64,000 bases of DNA from Kaistella sp. (lineage in GTDB: Bacteria > Bacteroidota > Bacteroidia > Flavobacteriales > Weeksellaceae), in the NCBI GenBank assembly GCA_041913105.1, contig JAYSFV010000002.1, positions 353,834 through 417,833 on the forward strand, read 5' to 3'. Shown piece by piece: positions 58,377-64,000 of this stretch; position 1 is the stretch's first letter, and the number at the start of each line of letters is the position of its first letter. Made by a program: the position numbers and the translations under genes. The notes beneath the pieces were generated by a model. It was not told the DNA's origin. It ran no database searches and saw only the letters and a program-made list of their open reading frames with translations.

Positions 58377-59747
58377 ATGAAACCGTTAGATACTTACCAA
58401 AACTTTTACTTCGTCGGCATCGGCGGAATTGGCATGAGTGCTCTTGCCCGCTATTTCCATGCATCCGGGAAAAAGGTCTTGGGATATGATAAAACGGAAA
58501 CAAAACTAACGAACGCCCTACAATATGAAGGGATCGAGATTACGTTCAAGGACGAGATTACTTCCCAAATTTCCTCTCTTGATAAAGAGAATACACTGGT
58601 TATATTTACTCCGGCAATTAAGAAATTAGAGATCCTAAATTTCTTCAATGACCGAAAATTTACAGTTCTAAAACGTGCAAAAGTTCTTGGACTTATTACT
58701 GAAAATACCAATTGTATATCCATCGCGGGGACTCACGGTAAAACCACTACTTCATCATTAGTCGCTCACTTATCTAAAGAAGCAGACTTAAGTTTTTCTG
58801 GCTTTTTGGGTGGAATTGCAGAGAATTTCCACTCCAACTTCATATTTAATGGTAATGATATTTCTGTTTTAGAAGCTGACGAATACGACCGAAGTTTTCT
58901 AAATCTTTCACCGGACTGGGCGGTAATCACCTCAACTGATGCAGATCATTTGGATATTTACGGAGATACCGCAACCATAGAGCAAGGGTTTAGGGATTTT
59001 GCGAATCTCGTTCCGAAAGACAATCAGCTTTTTGTAAGAAAAGGTATTATGATAGGGCGCGATGCAAAAACTTATGCAGTAAAAGAGTCGGCAGACTTCT
59101 ATTCGGATAACATTCGCGAAGCAGGCGATAAAATTTTGTTCGATTTTCATACTGAAACCGAAACCATTCAAGATTTTGAATGGGAAATTCCGGGAATTCA
59201 TAATATTGAAAATGCTACGGCCGCCATCGCTTTACTCAACAGCATGGGGGTAGATTTTAATACCTTAAAAAGAGGGATTTCAAGCTTCAAAGGAATTAAA
59301 CGAAGATACACCAAGCATAAATTCGCGAGTGGGAAAATTTATATTGATGACTATGCGCATCACCCAACTGAACTTAATGCGGTGATAGATTCTATAAGAA
59401 CTTTTTACCCAGAGAAAAAACTGTTAATCGTTTTTCAACCGCACTTATTTAGTCGTACCCGAGATTTTGCAGACGGCTTTGCACAAAGCTTAAGCAAGGC
59501 GGATGAACTTATTCTTTTGGATATTTATCCGGCGAGAGAAATTCAGGAAAATTTTGAAGGAATTACTTCGGAATGGTTGAATGAGAAAGTGAGGTTAGAA
59601 GCAAAAGAAGTAACAAATCTTCAGGGTGCATTTGATAAAATTAAAAAGAAGGATTTCGATATTCTTTTAACTGTAGGAGCAGGGAATATTGACACTTTAT
59701 ATGACGGAATTGTAGAATGGCTCTCTGACATTAAAACAGCGAACTAA
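58377..59747 (+). CDS. murC: UDP-N-acetylmuramate--L-alanine ligase
   Basis: 456 aa with GIGGIGMSALA and GTHGKTTT motifs. Confidence 0.93.
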   Translation: MKPLDTYQNFYFVGIGGIGMSALARYFHASGKKVLGYDKTETKLTNALQYEGIEITFKDEITSQISSLDKENTLVIFTPAIKKLEILNFFNDRKFTVLKRAKVLGLITENTNCISIAGTHGKTTTSSLVAHLSKEADLSFSGFLGGIAENFHSNFIFNGNDISVLEADEYDRSFLNLSPDWAVITSTDADHLDIYGDTATIEQGFRDFANLVPKDNQLFVRKGIMIGRDAKTYAVKESADFYSDNIREAGDKILFDFHTETETIQDFEWEIPGIHNIENATAAIALLNSMGVDFNTLKRGISSFKGIKRRYTKHKFASGKIYIDDYAHHPTELNAVIDSIRTFYPEKKLLIVFQPHLFSRTRDFADGFAQSLSKADELILLDIYPAREIQENFEGITSEWLNEKVRLEAKEVTNLQGAFDKIKKKDFDILLTVGAGNIDTLYDGIVEWLSDIKTAN

Positions 59748-59753
59748 CAACGC

Positions 59754-60563
59754 ATGAAAAAGAAATTCAGAATATTAAAAATATTGGTAACCGTAATTAT
59801 TTTCGGTTTTCTGCTGAGCTTCTCACTCAAGAGGTTCAACAATAAAGCTATGGAAAAAGTTACCGTTAATCTTCTGAAAACAACTAAGCCGGTTTATTTC
59901 GTCGATGAAGAAGACATAAAAGACATCGTTCTGAAATTAAATCCAGGGAAAAAAGTCGGGGAAATTGATATTCCCGAGTTAGAGCGACGCTTGAGATTAT
60001 TACCGGCAGTTGATAGCGCAAATGTATATTTGAACCTTAATGGAAAACTAAATTTAGACATCAAGCAGAAAGTCCCGGCTTTTCGACTAAATCGAAATGG
60101 AGAAGATTTTTATGTAGATGCCGAAGGCGAAACATTTCCAATTTCTCAGAATTATTCTTTTCCGTGCATGCTGGTTTCTGGACCGGTACAAAAATCAGAA
60201 TATAAGCAGGTTGCAGAGTTGGTGGATAAAATTGAAAAAGACGAATTCAGTAAAAAATATTTCATCGGCATTTCAAAGGAAAAAGGAGGATATAATCTTC
60301 TCACAAGCACCGGAAATTATAAAGTTGAAATTGGAGATTTAAGCGACATTACTTTAAAAGTGAAGGGCTTTAAAACCTTTGTAGAAAAGTTTTTAGTCTA
60401 TCAGCACCCTGAAAAGTATAATGAGATATCAGTGAAATACGATAACCAAATTGTCACCACACTGAATCCTCATTTCGAAGAAAACGACAGTCTGATAAGC
60501 ATAGGAAACAAGGAACTGGCAAAAAATCCAGCCATTGCCGAGACCAGGTTGAAGACGAATTGA
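59754..60563 (+). CDS. ftsQ: cell division protein FtsQ (POTRA)
   Basis: 269 aa with an N-terminal TM helix, in the conserved position between murC and ftsA. Confidence 0.7.
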   Translation: MKKKFRILKILVTVIIFGFLLSFSLKRFNNKAMEKVTVNLLKTTKPVYFVDEEDIKDIVLKLNPGKKVGEIDIPELERRLRLLPAVDSANVYLNLNGKLNLDIKQKVPAFRLNRNGEDFYVDAEGETFPISQNYSFPCMLVSGPVQKSEYKQVAELVDKIEKDEFSKKYFIGISKEKGGYNLLTSTGNYKVEIGDLSDITLKVKGFKTFVEKFLVYQHPEKYNEISVKYDNQIVTTLNPHFEENDSLISIGNKELAKNPAIAETRLKTN

Positions 60564-60610
60564 ACAAAGGTGAGTTATTAAATAAGAAAAAAATCAAATC
60601 GACATACAAA

Positions 60611-61984
60611 ATGGAAAATCACGAGTATTCAGTAGGACTCGACATTGGTACCACTAAAATTGTGGCCATCGTGGGACGGCGAAATGCCCACGGAAAAATC
60701 GAAGTTCTCGGCGTAGGAACCGCTAAAAGTCTAGGCGTTCACAAAGGTATTGTGAACAACATTTCGCAGACCATCCAATCTATTAAAGCAGCAGTGTCCG
60801 AAGCTCAGGCTAGTTCCGGCGTAGAGATTACAAAGGTAACGGTAGGGATTGCAGGTAAACACATCCGTTCTCTTCAACATTCCGATTATATTATGAGGGA
60901 TCATCCCGACCAGTATATAACCGAGGATGATATTGAAAAACTGAAAGATCAGGTGAAGAAGTTAGTGATGCTTCCTGGAGAGGAAATCATCCACGTACTT
61001 CCCCAAGAATATAAAGTAGATTCCGAAGGAGAAATTCAAGAGCCTATCGGGATGCACGGGAAACGTCTTGAGGCAAACTTCCACGTTGTAGTAGGCCAAA
61101 TGGGAAGTATTCGAAACATCGCTAGGTGCGTTCGTGAGGCTGGTCTCGAGATGGAAGCACTTACGTTAGAGCCGCTAGCCTCATCAGAATCTGTTCTTAC
61201 CAAAGAAGAAAAAGAAGCCGGAGTAGCCATCATCGACATCGGAGGTGGTACTACCGACATTGCGATTTTCAAAGACAATATTATTCGTCATACTTGCGTC
61301 ATCCCTTACGGAGGCGGAATTATCACGGAAGACATTAAAGAAGGTTGCTCAATTATTGAAAAGCATGCGGAGCAACTCAAAGTTAAATTTGGTTCAGCTG
61401 TTCCGGAACTAGAGAAAGACAGTACTTTCGTAACCATTCCAGGTTTGCACGGAAGACCGGATAAAGAAATAAGCTTAAAAACACTAGCCCAGGTAATAAA
61501 CGCCAGAGTAGAAGAAATTCTCGAAATGGTAAACACCGAACTGAAGGCTTACGGAGCATTTGAACAGAAGAAAAAATTAATTGCGGGTATCGTGTTAACC
61601 GGAGGTGGGTCTAATCTAAGACATCTTCGTCAGCTCGCAAATTATACCACAGGTTTCGATAGCCGAATTGGTTTCTCAAATGAGTATATTGCTAACGATA
61701 AAAACCAGTCGTTAAAGGGACCTGAGTACGCAACCTCTATCGGACTTTTAATGGAAAGTTTAAAAATCCGTGATAAAAAAGGGACAACTCCTCAACCGGA
61801 AAACATCAAGCAAGAAGAAACTCCTGCAGAAGCTAATAATGTTGTAGAAAATGTGGTGGAAAAGGCTCCGGAAGTTATAACGCAGGAGGAAGAAACACCA
61901 ACCACAGAAAAGAGAAGAAATAAGCTCACAATCGGTCAGAAGATTATGGAGAGTGTTAAAAAATTCTTTGAGGAAGTAGAGTAA
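60611..61984 (+). CDS. ftsA: cell division protein FtsA
   Basis: ATG 60611 (MENHEYSVGLDIGTTK), an actin-fold phosphate loop. C-terminal amphipathic helix KIMESVKKFFEEV. TTG 60560 in the track overlaps the ftsQ stop. Confidence 0.9.
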   Translation: MENHEYSVGLDIGTTKIVAIVGRRNAHGKIEVLGVGTAKSLGVHKGIVNNISQTIQSIKAAVSEAQASSGVEITKVTVGIAGKHIRSLQHSDYIMRDHPDQYITEDDIEKLKDQVKKLVMLPGEEIIHVLPQEYKVDSEGEIQEPIGMHGKRLEANFHVVVGQMGSIRNIARCVREAGLEMEALTLEPLASSESVLTKEEKEAGVAIIDIGGGTTDIAIFKDNIIRHTCVIPYGGGIITEDIKEGCSIIEKHAEQLKVKFGSAVPELEKDSTFVTIPGLHGRPDKEISLKTLAQVINARVEEILEMVNTELKAYGAFEQKKKLIAGIVLTGGGSNLRHLRQLANYTTGFDSRIGFSNEYIANDKNQSLKGPEYATSIGLLMESLKIRDKKGTTPQPENIKQEETPAEANNVVENVVEKAPEVITQEEETPTTEKRRNKLTIGQKIMESVKKFFEEVE

Positions 61985-62050
61985 ATAAAAACCAATGATG
62001 ACAGCAGGATCAACTGCTGATGATCGAAAATCATTATAAAAAATTTAGTT

Positions 62051-63871
62051 ATGGAAAACATGAACACCCCAGGATTCTCCTTTGATCTACCAAAAGGCAA
62101 TTCATCTATTATAAAAGTAATCGGCGTAGGCGGCGGCGGTAACAATGCCCTAAAGCACATGTACGAGAGAGGTATTTATGGTGTAGATTTCGTAATCTGC
62201 AACACCGATGCTCAAACATTGGATAACAACCCGGTTTCTAACAAAGTTCAGCTAGGGGTCTCTATCACTGAGGGGTTAGGCGCTGGCGCAGATCCCGAGG
62301 TAGGAGAAAAAGCAGCGATTGAAAGTATCGAAGAAATAAAAGCTGCCATGGGACAAAACACCAAGATGGTCTTTATTACTGCCGGAATGGGTGGTGGTAC
62401 TGGTACAGGTGCAGCTCCGGTAATTGCAAAAGTAGCCAAGGATATGGGTATTCTTACCGTAGGTATCGTAACGGTTCCATTTAGTTTCGAAGGAAAGCGA
62501 CGTTTGGAGCAAGCAGATGCAGGGTTAGAAAAACTTCGTAATAATGTCGACTCTTTAATTGTTATCAACAACGATAAATTACGTCAGCAATTCGGGAATC
62601 TTGGCTTCAAATCTGGTTTTTCTAAAGCAGATGAGGTTTTAACAAATGCTGCAAAAGGAATGGCAGAAGTTATTACCGGTTACTTTGATGTAAACATTGA
62701 CTTCCGTGATGCTAAATCGGTACTACAAAATTCGGGTACCGCGCTAATGTCTAACGGGATTGCTTCCGGCGAAAATAAAGCGGAAGAAGCCGTTAAGAAA
62801 GCATTGGATTCTCCATTATTGAATGATAATAAAATTACAGGAGCACAAAATGTATTGTTGTTGATCCGTAGTGGTTCTGAGGAAGTTACGATGGATGAAA
62901 TCGGAGTTATCATGGATCATATCCAGAAAGAAGCTGGCCATACGGCGGATATTATTTTTGGAGTTGGTACCGACGAAGAACTTGGGGATTCCGTAAGTGT
63001 GTTGGTTATCGCTACAGGTTTTGCTAAAGACCATCAAAAGCATTCCGGTATTTCCGAAAAAATAAAATTCACCCTTTCTGATGAAATAACTTCGACTCCT
63101 CAACCAGAAACATCAAATACGTCTCGTGTAGAAAAAGAAGAAGTTAGAAGAGAAGATTTTAACAGAAGAGGTCTTTTCGTGCTTGATGATGAAGACGATC
63201 AGCCAACGCCAGAATTTTCTGTAAAAGATAACAGTTCGGCAGCGGGAGCAAGAAAAAACAATGGAGAAAGACAGTTTTTTAGTCTTGAGGAAGATGAGAT
63301 GCCGGAGCAGACTTTTAACACTTCAGCACCGCAGCAGGAGTACAGCCTTTTCTCTTTCGATGATGAAAACACGCAGACTCCAGAATCTCATTCTATTTCA
63401 TTTGAAATAGAAAACGCGCCTGCTAAAAATGAAAAAACATCATTTCCAACTGATAATACAAGCGAATTCACTTTTTTCGTAAACGAACCGATTGAGGAGC
63501 CAACAGTTGAAGCACCACAGCCTGTTGCTGAAATCAAAGAAGAACCGGTTCAAAAATCAGATTTTCCGGTGCCGATGGAACAAATAGAAGAAATTCAGGC
63601 AGAAACTTCCGAAGATGAATTTACCTTCATCACGAAGCCAACTCCGAATGAAAAAATTGCTGAACGCAGAAATAAACTGAAAGAATTCAACTCTCGCTAT
63701 CAAACTGCAGAAGCAGACAATGATTTTGAAAGAGTTCCTGCTTTCCGCAGAAAAAACATCATGATTGACGGGACAAACGCTTCGGAGCAACGAATCAGCA
63801 GCTTCTTGGCCGAAGATAACGGCAGAATGCAAGTTCGTGAAAACAGATTTCTGAATAAAGACGTAGACTAA
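62051..63871 (+). CDS. ftsZ: cell division GTPase FtsZ
   Basis: 606 aa with the tubulin signature GGGTGTGAAP. An acidic linker of about 220 aa precedes the CTC DFERVPAFRRKN, which is followed by a further 37 aa. Confidence 0.97.
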   Translation: MENMNTPGFSFDLPKGNSSIIKVIGVGGGGNNALKHMYERGIYGVDFVICNTDAQTLDNNPVSNKVQLGVSITEGLGAGADPEVGEKAAIESIEEIKAAMGQNTKMVFITAGMGGGTGTGAAPVIAKVAKDMGILTVGIVTVPFSFEGKRRLEQADAGLEKLRNNVDSLIVINNDKLRQQFGNLGFKSGFSKADEVLTNAAKGMAEVITGYFDVNIDFRDAKSVLQNSGTALMSNGIASGENKAEEAVKKALDSPLLNDNKITGAQNVLLLIRSGSEEVTMDEIGVIMDHIQKEAGHTADIIFGVGTDEELGDSVSVLVIATGFAKDHQKHSGISEKIKFTLSDEITSTPQPETSNTSRVEKEEVRREDFNRRGLFVLDDEDDQPTPEFSVKDNSSAAGARKNNGERQFFSLEEDEMPEQTFNTSAPQQEYSLFSFDDENTQTPESHSISFEIENAPAKNEKTSFPTDNTSEFTFFVNEPIEEPTVEAPQPVAEIKEEPVQKSDFPVPMEQIEEIQAETSEDEFTFITKPTPNEKIAERRNKLKEFNSRYQTAEADNDFERVPAFRRKNIMIDGTNASEQRISSFLAEDNGRMQVRENRFLNKDVD

Positions 63872-63889
63872 CCCTCTTAATAAGAAATT

Positions 63890-64000
63890 ATGAGTTTAGA
63901 AAATACCATCAACGATGCAATTAAAACCGCAATGCGGGAAAAAGATAAAACTGCTTTGGACGCCCTTCGGGCAGTGAAGTCACAAATCATTTTGCTGAAA
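63890..64000 (+). CDS. GatB/YqeY-domain protein, 3' end cut by window edge
   Basis: My translation from ATG 63890: MSLENTINDAIKTAMREKDKTALDALRAVKSQIILLK. Confidence 0.75.
   Translation, partial: MSLENTINDAIKTAMREKDKTALDALRAVKSQIILLK

Noticed and set aside
7096-60611. Longer N-terminal extensions offered by the ORF track (starts 8481, 19191/19145, 20752, 24117, 31247, 47955, 48140, 60560, 2606, 32790)
   Set aside because: The extensions begin at TTG or GTG, or they overlap divergent genes, terminators or -7 boxes. Downstream ATGs give canonical N-termini such as signal peptides, the MraZ MKNFIGTYE start and the FtsA MENHEYSVGLDIGTTK start.
48140-63871. Absence of murF, ddl and murB from the dcw cluster as an anomaly
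   Set aside because: The order mraZ-rsmH-ftsL-ftsI-murE-mraY-murD-ftsW-murG-murC-ftsQ-ftsA-ftsZ without murF/ddl is the normal Bacteroidota arrangement. It is not a deletion or rearrangement.
1-64000. Scan for CRISPR arrays, IS elements or transposases, integrases, phage genes, toxin-antitoxin pairs and defence-island signatures
   Set aside because: No spaced direct-repeat arrays were found. No transposase, integrase or recombinase motifs occur in any ORF. There is no compositional break, and the tRNA cluster is not flanked by foreign-looking genes. The window looks like conserved core chromosome.

Overview
The window reads as a syntenic core-chromosome segment of an AT-rich Bacteroidota genome, most likely Flavobacteriia (Chryseobacterium/Weeksellaceae-like). 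The taxon guess rests on a T9SS C-terminal sorting domain, recurrent TAnnTTTG -7 promoter boxes, no Shine-Dalgarno signal and the Bacteroidetes-type dcw gene order. All calls come from motif recognition on the supplied translations plus my own reading of the DNA; no search was run.

Gene content, left to right:
- clpC, truncated at the left edge
- a glycosyltransferase/SufE block
- manC-like, SprT-like and TolC genes
- a radical-SAM gene and prolyl oligopeptidase
- a tight mutL-rhomboid-EEP-lipoprotein operon
- pabB with a pabC-like gene
- two tandem paralogous membrane proteins and an AI-2E transporter
- uvrB, accD, fbaA and nadK
- aat and a DUF3127 gene
- a tRNA-Leu/Gly/Leu operon
- an AsmA-like giant, then DUF2797 and DUF2795 followed by secA
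- ROK kinase, msrA, an S46 peptidase and a T9SS BNR-repeat protein
- engB
- the complete dcw cluster mraZ-rsmH-ftsL-ftsI-murE-mraY-murD-ftsW-murG-murC-ftsQ-ftsA-ftsZ
- a truncated yqeY-like gene at the right edge

I found no CRISPR array, transposase, integrase, phage gene or obvious defence island, and no convincing novel multi-gene system.

The items most worth a second look are single-gene or RNA-level:
- a DUF3127 protein ending in a canonical SSB tip (DDDDDLPF)
- a MutL lacking both endonuclease metal-site motifs
- -7 boxes abutting start codons, suggesting leaderless mRNAs
- an orphan promoter-plus-terminator pair that could be a small RNA
- GC-rich structured spacers upstream of a thioesterase gene and of secA
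- MraZ-box direct repeats
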